A DNA stretch of 48,553 bases. Origin: Sarea resinae. Its lineage: Eukaryota. This document shows, in pieces, positions 10,709 through 24,000 of this stretch. Each line of letters begins with the position of its first letter. The first letter of the stretch is position 1. A program made the translations under genes and the position numbers. The stretch lies in contig JAPEUD010000114.1 in assembly GCA_026026165.1 (NCBI GenBank), positions 1 to 48,553 of the forward strand. Direction: 5' to 3'. Under the pieces are notes generated by a model. The model worked only from the letters and a program-made list of their open reading frames with translations, ran no database searches and had not been told where the DNA came from.

Positions 10709-12889
10709 ATGGCGGCCCACCGGCGAAGAGACTTTCCTGCCAGCCGGAGACGGCGTGCTGATGACGGGGAAGAGGAGGAAGGATCGCTGGCCGCCGACGT
10801 CGATGATGACTCGCTCAGTGAAGGGTCGGCTTCGAGCGATGCAGAGGAAGATGCGGATGCCGATGACAGCGATCTCAGTGAAACGGATGGCACCGGATCG
10901 CGAGAGACGGGTACAGACAAGGTCAAGGCGAACGGAGTCTCAAAGGCTGGATACGGGATACAGGAGTCCAGAGCCGAGGACGCTCCCGCGGATGAGAGAG
11001 GAAAGGCGTTTTCGGCGATGACAGATACGGAAGCCATGATGAATGGGATGAAGATCTCAAAGGACGGGGAACAAGGAGGAGACTTGCAATTCGAGGAGAT
11101 GGCAGAGGAGGCGCTTGCGCCACCTTCTCGAGATGCTTCAGGACCAGCCCTGGCCGAGGCATCCCTTCAAGAAACGCCGGCCGAGAGACGAAGGCGTGAG
11201 CATGAGGAATATCGGAAAAAGCGCGATGCCGATCCGGCCTTTGTCCCAAATCGTGGAGGCTTCTTCATGCACGATCACCGGTCAAACGCACAGGGTCAGA
11301 ATGGATTCAAACCATGTGGTCGAGGGCGAGGCAGAGGGAAGGGTGCTGTTGGTGGCCCATTTTCTCCAGCAAAGTAAGTTCAGATAAATGATCAAGAGCG
11401 GCTCTTTCAGGTAGACTGATGCTGACTATATCGCAGTCAAGAAGCTTCAGCCTCCGAGGTAACCAACTCCCCTTGGACACACGACTTGCACGAGACAATC
11501 GCAAATCCGGGATCACACTCATACCAGCCGAACGGAGTGGGAAATGTGGCGTCGAACACTGGAGCAAATCGATTACCATTCGCTCCCAAATCAGGCGCAC
11601 CGAACCGGTCCTTCTCTAAGACCACGCACATTGGGAATGTCCAAATCCGGGTCTACCTTGCCGGAATGCAGGACCCTATAACATTTTCCGCTGTCCCTGT
11701 AAAACAGCACACTCGTCTACCTCATCACCGTCCTCCCCTTCGCAGGGACAAACCAGTGCGAATATCCTTGCCGGATCAAGCTCCACGGTATATTTTCCCC
11801 GCCATGGAACGTTCCTTCATCTTCATTCCGCGAGCTTTGAGACCCAATCAGCAGGGTTTCACCCGTGGCCGAGGCAGAGGAAGTTTTGGGCCTTATGGTG
11901 GCTTTTCTAGCAGAAGAACAAGTGCCTATGGTGGAAGTGCATATTCACCAAGTGTGGCAATGAGCCGGAGGTCATCGTTGGCGCGAGAGGTTTCTCGAGA
12001 TGCTCTCATATCTCCCGCTAGCTCGACGATGTCACGACCGCCAGGTGCACCTATCGATCCCAGCAAGCCTATCGTTAGATTGCCTCCAGCCCCCCACCAA
12101 CAACGCCAAGCGGATGGATCAATTCATGGCCAGCCACTACCGACCGGAGACATGACAGCTCCTGTAGTCAATCTACCTCAACCACACTCATACCCTCTTC
12201 CCCAAAAGCCAACGTACCGCGAGAATCGGACGGGCCCCTTACCGATGCATCAACCTCGTCCACAGAAGACCGTGTCTGTTGCCGATATCGAATCCCCCGC
12301 CACTCTGACCTTCCATCCTCCCGCGCAGCAGCAGCAGCAACCTTTCCATCAACAAGTGCCAACCCAGATCAATGGCCAAGTCTACACTCAGGATGGGCAA
12401 ATCTATCATCCACATTCACGTCATACGTCATATCCGAGTCAAGCATCCGCTGGGACGCCTCTCTCTCATATTCCGGAACGCGCTATTCACGCTCAACCCT
12501 TCCAACCACCACAATATGCCCAGCAAGCGTACTATCCTCAGATGTACCCAATGCAAGGCTCATACTACTATGCCGCTCCAGACGGGCGTCAGCAAATGTA
12601 TCCTGGCGCCGTCAATGCTGCTGCTCCTGTCTTTTGGCCGACTCCGCAGCAAAATCCATATCTGGTGCCTGCTGCTGGTGTCGACCCGGTTGGGCAAACA
12701 GGCACCGTGGCACACGAGAGTAATGGTATGGTCTATTATTACGATTCCTCGCAATTGTACTCGGGTGCTGGTGAGGCATATCCTGCTGCTGGCTACGCTG
12801 TTCCGCACATGGGCATGGGTGGCATGATGACCCCTAGCCCCGATGTTTACTACCCAGCCGCTCAAGGTGCAACCTATTATCCGCAGTGA
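10709..12889 (+). CDS. CASC3/Barentsz (Btz) eIF4AIII-binding domain protein (exon-junction-complex associated)
   Basis: Two exons, intron 11374-11436 (GTAAGT...GCTGAC...CAG). Motif YRKKRDADPAFVPNRGGFFMHDHR, an RGRG region and WTHDLHE after splicing match the Btz domain; long P/Q/Y-rich C-terminus. Confidence 0.85.
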
Positions 12890-15302
12890 TTATGGCTTGA
12901 GATGTCTGATCTCGTTTCACTTATTTTCTTAGTGGAGTCTTTCAGCGTCCTTGTCGCTCCTGCGTGGGTCTACTAACCTTTTCTCTCACTTCTTAATTCT
13001 CACTTTTCCCTACATTTTTGGTTGAATGTTTTGCGAGCGCGTGGATTACGAGTTGCCGGCCATCGTTGCTGATCATCGTCACTGTGCTTTCGAGCGTCTG
13101 AAATGTTTCAATGGTACTTTTTCTTTGGTTACTTCAAGGTAAAACTTTACGTCCCTGCCCACTTTCGAGAGAATATCAAAACGCTCTCAGTCTGCTGTCA
13201 GAGGGCGTCTGCGCTCTTCGAGGGTACTGTATTTGTCGGCGGCTTCTAGAGGCATCAAACGTTTTCGCTCCATGGAGCAGACTTGTGTCTTATCATCGCG
13301 CCCCCAACGGTCGTCAGGAGCATTGTTCGCTTCTGTATCTTCTTCTCATTTCTCTTCGTTTTTCCTTCTACCCTCATTTTTCTTCGTTGTACCTCTTTTT
13401 CTCCTCTCCTGGTCTCGTTCCTCTCGTCTCTCGCCCCCCGTCTCTGAGCATGCACCGCAGTATTGTGCTCTTTCACATCGGTCGATGGTCTCGCAATAGC
13501 TTGGGCATTGACGCTCGCATTTCTCGTGGGGCATAAGCACGGGCTTTCTCAAGTTCCAGTCGATGGACATGGTGGTAGTCAAAGCAATGAATCGAACAAA
13601 GATGATCCGAGAGTGATTCTTGCCTGTCTGGCTCGTCTGGCTTGCTACGTTCCCTGCTTACATATATCGGCATCTTCCACGTGAGGCAAGGTCCGGCAGA
13701 TACTGGCCGAGCGATGCTCTGCTCCTCGTGATCCCGCGAACCGAGACATGATGAAACCCGCCCGACTGATGCGCCGACTGCGATGCCTGCCCTGCCATGC
13801 ACACCTCGCCCATGAATAATGTACCCCGGAGTAGGGGACTTTCGGCACTCGGTCCGGGAGGATGAATTTCACGTCTTATCCATGGCATCTCTCTCCTCTC
13901 TCGCGTTTCGGCCTTTGTCCCGCTCTGTATTCTACATGTGATATGTCGTCGAGGCGTGTACCCCAGAGACCCACGGGTCTGTACGCGGCAATGTACGAGT
14001 ACGGAGTACTGTACCTTGGAGTAGCACCCTGATCGTCACTGTTTGCCTGGTGTTGCTACCTCGGACATGTACGATTCGCAGCCCCAAGGGAGGCCCGAGG
14101 GGGGTGCATCTGTCCAGTGATGTCTTCAACCGTAGTACCGTATGTACGTGTCCCTGGTCGATTATGCTGACTGGCCCGAATGCGGTGCGGTTTCATGGGC
14201 TCCAAGGCTCCAGCTGTTTGTGCATCATCTCGAATGATGGGCTCAGGCTGTGCAAGTGAAGCTTACGTCTTCGTCTTCGTCCTCGTCCTCGTCGAAGCGC
14301 CTCTCTCCACGATCGTGCTCCATGACGACCACTGTGTGTGCTGCGTACACGATGAGCCCTGAGGTACCGACCTGCACCTAGTGCATCAGGTACCTACTAC
14401 GTAGTAGTCCATTCCGAGCTTTCCCCAGTTCTTGGTGCAACAATGCAATTGGCAGCGGTGGCGGCGGTAAGAGGCGACAGTGCTGGTGCTGGTGCTGGTG
14501 CTGGTGCTAGTGCTCTCGTGCTCTCGCAGTGGTAGCCGGCTAAGATGGTAAAGGCAAGGAAGCTAACCTAAGGGATTGCTCAGAAGTGGAGGTATTTCTC
14601 TCGTACTGCGGTAGGCAGCCGTCGAGCTCGTTGCTGACGAGTGAAGTAGGAAGAGGTTTCTGACGTGCAAGCAGATGGCGAGAAGATACCTGGGTGGTAC
14701 TAATCCGAGGCAGCTTGCCTTCTGTACGAAGTACCGTGAATATCGTGAATATGTAATCGTAAGGTACCCTCGTACTCTGTACCGTACTGACCTCTCCTCT
14801 AGAGTAGAAGTACTGCGTACTGATTATCCGACCCGTGTCCATTGCCTTGTCTGTGACCTCTGGCACGCTACATCGCATCACCAACCTGCGGGTACCTTGC
14901 CGGTACCTGACCACGAGATCTACTTCACCCGTTAGTCGCAGTATCCGGCTTCATCCCCTCCTCAGCTCGACATCCAATCCTGTTGCTCATCCTCCTCTTA
15001 CCTACCTCACCTCACCTCGACCTACCTCACCTCCTACATCCTCCTCCCTCTCATCTATCCACTTCTCGCCATCCGTTCTGCTCCAAACTGATCCGAATCA
15101 ACAGCGTCACGATTGACGTCGTCGTTCTTCTAACCCTTCCCTTGTTACCTACGTTCGTGAACTTACACTCACCCACCGAGTTCAGGAGATAAGCTCCTAG
15201 AGCCGAAGGTGAGGCGAGTATCATCCGTCAGACCGCTGTCGTCACCCAGTCTCGCACTCAACTTCAGCCTCACGTTATCAGTCTGTCCACCACGATATCA
15301 TC

Positions 15303-18288
15303 ATGGCTTCCAACCACAACAACCTCCTGGGTCCGGATACACTTGTCACCGTCAAGGTGGCTATCGACGGAAACAATAGGAGATTCAAGCTCGCTTTGAG
15401 GGATCTCGGCGCCAACGTGTTCCCCGATAAGGTAAGTCACCTTGCTCTTCGTTCTTGCCACCACTTGTATCTCATTCCAAGCATGTCTGGAAGCTCCACT
15501 GGTAGCATATGGTCGACGTCTATCTTCGTCATCTGAGCATCAGTTGATACTGATCTGGTCCGAGCAATAGCTTAAAGAATGCCTCGTTCTTCCCCCAAAC
15601 CAGAACGTCAAATTCGAGCGATACTCCGACAGTGCCGGTGCTTTCATTCCTCTCGACTCGAAGAATCCCGCAGTGTACAAGCAGCTCTATCGTGCTGCTA
15701 AAGCGAAGCTTAAGCTCCGTATCAAAGCTACGCTCATTGAAGGTGACTCGACGCAGCTAGAAGCTCCGCCGGCCGAGGTCCCTCTGGCGCCTATCCCCCG
15801 TCATTTCTTGAATGATGTTGCCGGACCGTCGTTGAGCTCGGCAGGCGAGATGATAGATCGTCTTTTCGCAAAGACTCAGATGGGGCTGGACAGCTTCCGT
15901 GTTCCGGCTGAGCCGCCGATGGCTACAAATGCGGTATCCTCTGAACAGGCTCTAAATGACATGGCGGTGAAACAAGCAGCCGCGGCACAGAGGGCTAGCG
16001 ATATCCAACTCATCCGCGAGCGACTGGCAAAACGCTTCGATCAGTGTCTCGCTTTATCGGACGCGTGCGCGCAAGGCTCGCTCGCTGAAGTGGAATCTCG
16101 TAGCCATGACTCTGAATCGGCTGGTAGTGCTCCAGGCTCTTTGATGGCAGGTGGACTCGATTCTCTAAGTCATCGGCTTGATGCGGCCTCGGGCCTCACG
16201 AGTCTCTCCAACGAGCGTGGCGACGCTCCCCACGCAACAGAACCACCCGCATCCTTGTCGTCTACATGGTCTGTCTATTGCAACCACTGTGACAAGCCGA
16301 TGACAGGTGCACATTTTCATTGCAGTATCTGTGATGACGGCGATTTCGACCTCTGTCAAAGCTGCGTCGAAGGCGGTGTGCTCTGCGGCGGAGAAAGCCA
16401 CTGGCTGATCAAGAGATTGATTCGAAACGGCCAGCTCATTAATAGCACGACTGAGACTATCGCACCCAAGAAAAATGCCAAATCGGAAGTCGAAAAAGAG
16501 ATGCCTGGTGCCTTCAGTACTGAAGAAGTGGAAGAGAAAACTCGCATCTGCAATTGCTGCGTGGGATGTGAGTGCACCTCAAATTCAAAATGTTCTCCAG
16601 AACCCCACTGACTAATTTTGTGCAGCATACCCCGAGGCCTTTTTCGTCACTTGCACCACGTGTGACGATTATGACTTGTGCGTGCCTTGCCATGTCGGCA
16701 TGAAGCATGGTCATCACCCAAGCCATGCTTTCGTGCAAGCCTGCAACGATGCCTATTTGGGCCCTCATGCTACTGCTCTTTGCAATCCTGGGCGAAACAC
16801 TCGTCACAACGCAATCTGTGATGGCTGTGATAAGGTACGACATACCCCAGACCCCATTCATTAAGGTTAAAGCGCTGACGATATCTTCAGTCAATTTACG
16901 GGGTCCGCCACAAATGCTTGAACTGCCCAGACTTTGACTATTGTGGGACTTGCTACAAGAGTGCATCACAGATTCACAGTGGGCATCGTTTTGTCCCTAT
17001 CTATGAGCCACTTCCGCTGTCTTATAGCCCTACTTTCAAACATCACGGTATCTATTGCGATGGGCCGCTTTGCAAGGACAAGCCGAAGCAGACTTACATC
17101 GTTGGCGACCGCTACAAATGCGCCGTTTGTCACGACACGGACTTCTGCGCAAATTGCGAAGCTAGCCCGCTTAATAAGCATAGGCACTCTCATCCCTTGA
17201 TCAAATTCAAGAGCCCGGTGCGAAATGTCAGCGTGCTGACATTGGGCGAGAAGCCGAACGGCGAGAAGATGGTAACAATGGGTGATATGCATGCCAGAAT
17301 GAGGTCCACGGCTACCGAAACAGTCCCTGCTTCACCTTCTGTGAATGCCGCGACACAAGTCCAGACCGTCGCGGACTTGAAGCCTAGCGATGAGGAATCG
17401 ACGGCCAAGGACGAAGTCAAGAATGCTGATAATGCGGAGCATCTCAATGCTCACTTTGTCCGGGATGTCGTTGCCGATGGCTCGAAACTCCCGCCCGACC
17501 ATACTTTCAAGCAGACTTGGACTCTACGCAACCCCGGCCCACGTGCTTGGCCCTCTGGTTGCAGCGTTCGCTTCGTCGGAGGCGACAACATGCTCAACAT
17601 CGATCCATACCACCCATCAAGCACCACCGAAATGGCTGAGGCTACCGAGAGCAATGTGATTGGTCGCTCTGTCGAGGTTGGCGAGGAGATCGAATTTACC
17701 GTCACCATGAAGACTCCAAAGCGTGGGGGTAAGTCTATTGCATACTGGCGCCTGAAGACCGCCGAGGGGCTACCCTTCGGCCACAAACTCTGGTGTGATG
17801 TCGATGTCGACTATGACATCTTTATCCCTGCCGAGCCTGTTCATGTTGTAGAGACGGAACATGTCGAGGACGCCGAGGCATGGAAGGATGTCAGTGCTCC
17901 CTGCGAGCCTGAAATCGAGCATGTTGAGGACGTCGTCGAGGACGCGAAGGATATCGATGAGCCTAAGGCCGAGGCCGAGTCTGGTTCCGTCATGGAAGCA
18001 AGCAGCACCATGGTCTTTCCCAAGCTTGAGAAGGAGTCTCCGGTGTCTAGCACGCATGAGCTTTCGCCTTCCTCTCCTGCTGTCATCCCTGTCGTGGAGT
18101 CACCCGCAACAGCACCGAAATCCACTAGTGAGGGTGACGACCACGATCTCCTCGAGGACTTGGAGAGTCTTCAACTCGAAGACTCAGACGATGGATCCGG
18201 GTTTTTGACGGACGAGGAATATGATATCCTTGATGCTAGCGATGAAGAGTTCTTGTCTGCTACTGGCAAGGAGAGTCCAAAGGAGTAA
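15303..18288 (+). CDS. NBR1: NBR1-like selective autophagy receptor (PB1-like N-terminus, four ZZ-type zinc fingers, FW/NBR1 Ig-like domain, C-terminal LIR/AIM)
   Basis: Introns ~15432-15570, ~16568-16625 and ~16834-16890. ZZ motifs CNHC..CSIC..DFDLCQSC, CNCC..CTTCDDYDLCVPC, HNAICDGCD..CLNCPDFDYC and HGIYCDGPLC..CAVCHDTDFCANC. FW domain FVRDVVADGS..FKQTWTLRNPG..W..YWRL..FGHKLWCDV. Acidic tail with DEEYDIL. Confidence 0.9.
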
Positions 18289-19891
18289 GTGGATAGGCAA
18301 GGCTGTGCTGATGCTCTGTTGCTGAATGGAATGAATTGGAGGTTGGGCTATGCAATGGAAACAAATTTGAACTAGACCGTCAGGGTAATTTGGAAGTTAG
18401 GATTGAAATACTGCTAACGAAATGCAACCAATTGAATGCGATACAACCCAACACGGCATGGAGTGGTATGGTATGGAATGGAATACGGATGGCGAATCGG
18501 AAATCTCACTCGGTCTCTCTCTCTCCTGTCTCGTCACAGGCTCTGCTCTGCTCTTCTACTCTTTGACTAATTTCCTTTACCTTTTCCCTTACAGTGTAAT
18601 CCAAATCTATATGAATTTTAAGTCAAAATAATCTCTGCTGATCTGATCTGATTTGGTTCGACATGGAATGAAGTAAATCAAGAAAGGTTGGACGGCACGC
18701 GCTGTGCTACCCTATGACCTGTGAGCTTTCAAGTTCGACCGGATGCCATGAGTGATATAGATTGTGCGTATAACGTGGAGGGAGGGGCTTCGAGACTCGT
18801 AGCTTTTCGGACTTGATTCCAGCAACATAAGACTATCCTCAGATCCTTTGGATTATCAATCTCATGAAGCTTGCTTGGACTTTGGTCTCTAAAACCTATA
18901 GTAGTAATCGAGCAAAGCCTCTCTGCATTGATCTTGTGTATTTTTTTTGGTCATCTTTTTACGTGATGAGGGTTACACAACAACGGGTTGGGGGGCCTGA
19001 TGGGCGTTTGGGGGCTGAGGCTGAGACTGAGACTGAGTGGCGGGCTAGATGAAGCGGGAAGGGGGAGTTGGATTTAGGTTCTTACTTCTTTTTTCGTGGG
19101 GTAGTTAGTTGGATGGTTCAGGTAGGCCTGTTGCTGATGTTGACGGGAGGCTGACGGTGAGGATGCATGTTGAGGATGATATGGCGGTGGTGGTGATGGC
19201 CATAGTGGTGGTTATGGTGATGGTGGTCGTCATAATGGTGGTTATAGTGATGACCTGAATACGGTAGGCTTCTCTGCTACGACGACACAAGCACGGGTAC
19301 GGGCACGGATGCGGGTGAGGGACGATGAGGTGATGGGACGTGATAGCCTGGTTGGCTGGCTGACTGATTATCCATAAGGTAGAGGGGATGAATTACATGG
19401 ATTGAATGGACGACGTCGAAGTCGATGCCCCGCGTGGTCGTGGTCGAGAGAAGTCATTGAAGGGCTTAGAGAGGGGAGGAGTGAAGATCTTTAAGATGAG
19501 TGCTTGGTCCGAGGGCTGCCAGGCTTGATCAGGGCATCATTTTGCTGATTCGGTGGTAGCATTTTGCATCGGAAAAAGCGGAGAATGATTTTGCTAATTT
19601 CTTGCAGATTCGAGGGCGAAATGATTTAGAGAACTCCCTTGCAGCAGACCCGTCACTCGGAGTGTGGAGATGTTTTGCTTGCTTGTCCGTCGGGCGAGGT
19701 CTGATTTTGGTTGGTGGTACACGAGAGCGTGGCAGATGGCGGAGGGCAGGTGGCAGATGGCAGATGGCAGATACGGATACCATGGCCGATTGAATTTCAC
19801 CGCACTGGCATCCATGTGTCGACGACGGTGGATGAGTCGAGTCTCTTCATGTTCTCTCGTTCTGCCGTCTTGCTCTCTGTCTCACCCACAT

Positions 19892-19892
<1 letters not shown>

Positions 19893-19927
<35 letters not shown>
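19893..19927. repeat. (CA)n microsatellite
   Basis: Uninterrupted CA dinucleotide run. Confidence 0.95.
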
Positions 19928-19930
<3 letters not shown>

Positions 19931-20283
19931 TTCTCGATGGTCACCTCACTCACCCTCTTCATTGCCTTATCGCTCGCTCGTTCGGCATATCACCGCTGTA
20001 TCGACGGCTATCAAGAGCCCAGACGTGGGGGTGACAGGGGTGACAGGGGCAGGGGCCGCAGGGGGGTGGGGGATACATACTATGAGTATGAAGTCATGCT
20101 TAGACTGAAAGACACCATGCGATGCGCATCCAGCCAGCCCTCTTGGGAAAGTCTAGGGTCCGGCGAAGCGATGGCTGCCATCTATCTTGTTTCGATCATG
20201 ATGTCTTCGATCAATCACCCAACCCTTCTTACAGCCCCGCTGGTTTCGGAAGACGGCGGGCGCAGGAGACTGGAGACTCGAGA

Positions 20284-20338
20284 CAGGACAGGACAGGACA
20301 GGGCAGGGCAGGGCAGGGCAGGGCAGGGCAGGGCAGGA
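20284..20338. repeat. (CAGGA)n(CAGGG)n pentanucleotide repeat
   Basis: caggacaggacaggacagggcagggcagggc... directly visible. Confidence 0.9.
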
Positions 20339-21203
20339 CCGGACACATACGCGGCCGTCGAGTCTAGGTTTCCGAGCAAGCAGTGCCCTCGATAGCATCA
20401 GCGCGGGATTGGCCATCGGCCGCTACGTCGATTGAGACTAGCTGCAGAACCCTGGACCCCCTTCCAAACTCTACTCCGGAGTACTGTAGCTGGAGTCGCG
20501 GATCACTCGACCGATTCCTACTCTTTCTGCAACCGATCGTCCTCATGGTCTTTCCTCTACGATGCAGGTCCGCCTGATGTGATGCTCGACGCATGCAGCT
20601 AGAATAGCTACGCAACTCAGATGGGGCAGCATCGATCTTGGTTGGCGCGACTCTGCTATGGCAAGAACAGCCCTCCTCACTCCAGCCACAGCGCCATCGC
20701 GATCCGGCATCTACTCGACCTACCTGCTGCCGATGACGTACCCAAAACCTGCTTTCCCCTTGCTCGATCATGTTTCTATTCTGGCGATGCTCGTTAGCAC
20801 CCGGTCGTGGTGGTGGCCTACCAGGGCTGTCACCCCTGATAGGAAGGGGCGATGCAGGTTTGTCGCCGCTGCTCGGCCCCTCCCTCCCGACCAGATCATC
20901 CGAAGGGCCACTAGTGCCTGCTTGATCACAAGCCTGATTGGGGGAAGGCGAGGCCGGGAATGTTTCACGCTCCTACTTCGTCACAACATCATCAGACGCC
21001 AAGGCGTGTTTCTGTAGAGGGGTCAGACCTGGATGGAGGGGTTGTGGACGCGAGCTTAAATATGCTCCCTCTCAGCTCGAGATCAAATCAACAACATCAA
21101 CCTACATACATTATCACAAACGCAAATACTGCTTTAGAAATCCCACATATATCAACTTAACATCCTACAAAGCTTCTTCGACATTCATTAACAATTCTTC
21201 AAC

Positions 21204-22589
21204 ATGGCTTCCACTCTTCAGAAGGTGAAGGTCATCACCAACCCGAACTATAAACGGTCTGGAACCAAGTCCTACGTCCATCTCATGAGGAAGTGTAAGT
21301 CTTGGCTTTCAACGCGTCTGCTTCAACAGAGTGACTAGAAAAGCTAATACCGTTCAGATGGATTCAACACCACCAAAGAAGGTCCTTATTTCTTCGGCAC
21401 CAAGGTCCACCAAACAGGCAAACATGGCCCTCTCCACCTCATCGGAGGCAAAGCCCGCACGCAGCGCGTGCTCGAAAAGAAAGCCCCGGCGGCCAGCGGC
21501 AGCACCACCGGCGAGGTCTCGGCCGAGGATGTCCAGAACGACAGCGAGTATCTCGTGCCCGTGAGCATCGGCACGCCGGCCCAGACGTTCAACCTCGACT
21601 TCGATACCGGCTCCGCGGATCTCTGGGTCTGGTCCACCGAACTCCCTTCCTCGGTCACCAGCAGCGCAAGCGGCCATAACATCTACAACCCCTCCAAATC
21701 AAGCACCTACAAGAAAGTCTCTGCCGACTCCTGGAAGATCTCGTACGGCGATGGCTCCTCTGCCTCGGGCACCGTCGGCACCGATAACGTCACCATCGGC
21801 GGCTTGACCATCAAGAACCAAGCCATCGAGCTCGCCAACACGCTCTCCACGGAATTCCAGCAGGGCGCCGGCGACGGACTGCTCGGCCTCGCCTGGGGAT
21901 CTATCAACACGGTGTCACCCAAGCCCGTGCAGACGCCGGTCGAGAACATGATCTCGCAGTCGGATATCCCGTCCAACCAGGAGCTCTTCACGGCGAAGCT
22001 GGGCAGCTACCACGACGCCTCGGACCCGGACAAAGGCGCGTCGTTTTACACGTTCGGCTTCATCGACAAGGACACGGTCGGGTCGCAGACGGTCTCGTAC
22101 ACGCCCGTGGACAATTCGCAGGGGTTCTGGCAATTCGCGTCGGCGTCGGCGTCGGTCAACGGCAAGACGATCACGCGCGCCAACAACACGGCCATCGCGG
22201 ACACGGGCACGACGCTCGCGCTCGTCGACGACTCGACGTGCCAGGCCATCTACGACGCCATCCCCGGCGCCTCGTACGACTCGACGCAGCAGGGCTGGGT
22301 GTTCCCGACGAGCGTGACGGTGGACCAGCTGCCCGTGGTGCAGTTCGCCGTCGGCGACAAGCTCTTCACGCTGCAGAAGGAGGACCTCGCCTTTGCCGAC
22401 GGCGGCAGCGGCAAAGTCTACGGCGGCGTCCAGTCGCGCGGCTCCATGACGTTCGACATCCTCGGCGACACCTTCCTCAAGTCCATCTATGCCATCTTCG
22501 ATCAGGGCAATAAGCGCTTTGGCGCCGTCAGCCGCTCCGAGCCGACGCAGAATATCTCGGTGCCGCAGACTTCGTCGTCGTCGTCTTGA
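21204..22589 (+). CDS. pepsin-family (A1) aspartic protease, aspergillopepsin-like, with no obvious signal peptide
   Basis: ATG at 21204, intron 21295-21357 (GTAAGT...GCTAAT...CAG). Both catalytic motifs are present (LDFDTGSADLW, IADTGTT), plus the flap WKISYGDGS, DGLLGLA and ILGDTFLKS. Confidence 0.93.
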
Positions 22590-23061
22590 TTGATTGGCCA
22601 TATGGTTGGTTGGTTGGTCGGTGGCTGAATGGCTTGATTGATAGCGTTCTCTCCTCTCTATTTTGGTTGGTATATTGGGGTTTTGGGCGATTCGGAATGA
22701 AGGGGCTGGGACAGGGCGGGAAATGCAAGTTTGCTCCCCGAGTGGTAGACGGAGGGAGGGAGTGAGGGAGGAAAGGATGGAAGGAAAGAGATTAGAGGCC
22801 CAAGGAAAGGCAATGGAATGGATTGGTTATGATTGGAATGGGATTGGGAGTGGGGAATTCATGAGGATATGATACGATACGGGGATACAAAGCGTTATTA
22901 TGAATGCCTATCCGGTAGATGATTATGACTATGACTATGACTATTAGTATGACTATGACTATGGCTTTGCTATGAACATGTTGGCTGAAAGTGTGTGAGA
23001 AAGACATGGAGAGAGGGAGGGAGATATTACGTTGGCCAAGAGTCGTGTTGTCTAATCACAA

Positions 23062-23074
23062 AGAGAGAGAGAGA

Positions 23075-23106
<32 letters not shown>
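23062..23106. repeat. (AG)n and (TG)n microsatellites
   Basis: AG run at 23062-23075 and TG run at 23081-23106. Confidence 0.9.
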
Positions 23107-23279
23107 CGCGTCGACCTTTAGAGTGTCGGTTTAGGGAGGTTTGGTTGTGATGTTTGTGTATGAGTAAGTATTTGAGTGTACCTTGGGTATGTGAGTGAGT
23201 CAGTGAGTGAGTGAGTAGGTGAGTAAGTCAGTAGGTATTGTATATCAAGCAAGGGAGTGTGAATCGGGTTTTTATACAC

Positions 23280-24000
23280 GGTGATTATAATTCGGTAGGT
23301 AGTATCCCATAATCTGCGGGTTTCGCCCTACCTAGCTAGTAGTAAGGTAACGTAAGGCTAGCTAAGGTAAGGTAAGGTAATGTAGCTAGAAGACCAAATT
23401 CGGGAACTAGGGGAATCTCTTAGTTTTCCTTTTTTTTGTTGTCTTTTCTATAGAAGGAAGAAGAGAGGAGAGAAGAGGAGGGGAGAGGAGAGGAGAGAGA
23501 AGAAAGATATAGAGGAGAGAGAGAGAGAGTAAAGAGAAAGTAAAGAGAGAAGAAAAGGAGGAAAGAGGAAATAGAGGAGAGGAGAGAAAGCAAGAGAAAG
23601 AGGAGAAGCAGAGGAAGAGGATTTTAAGTTTAGAAAAGCATATAGGACAAGAGGATAAGGTTTGAAGAGGAGGAGGTTAGAGGTTTACCATCTTAGAAGA
23701 GAGACACAGTGTGTAAGAGAGAGTACACAGCTATAGTATGTGTAGTAGGACTTGTTTGGAGAGAGTTTTAGGAGGTTACCTATGCAAGTAGTGTGTCTCA
23801 GGTCTAGAGGAAGAAAGGAATGTAGATTTTAAGGGGATGAGGATGGTCGAAGAGAGAGGGGGTGAAGGGGGTGTGTGACGTTTGAAGAGTAGGAGGCTAG
23901 AAGAGTACGAGTTTAGAGGAGTACGAGTTGAAGTCCGAGTTGAGAGTCCGAGTTTAGAGTAGGAGATTAGAGCACGAGTTGAGCACTGCATAAGACCAAG
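23280..24000. repeat. low-complexity/RIP-like tract including a purine-only stretch
   Basis: (AGGTA)-like repeats at ~23340-23385, near-pure A/G from ~23453 to 23620, TpA-rich flanks and no credible ORF. Confidence 0.6.

Noticed and set aside
19105..20400. His/Thr-rich and 243-aa ORFs in the NBR1-protease intergenic region
   Set aside because: They arise from microsatellite and low-complexity sequence ((GGT/GAT)n, (CA)n, (CAGGG)n).
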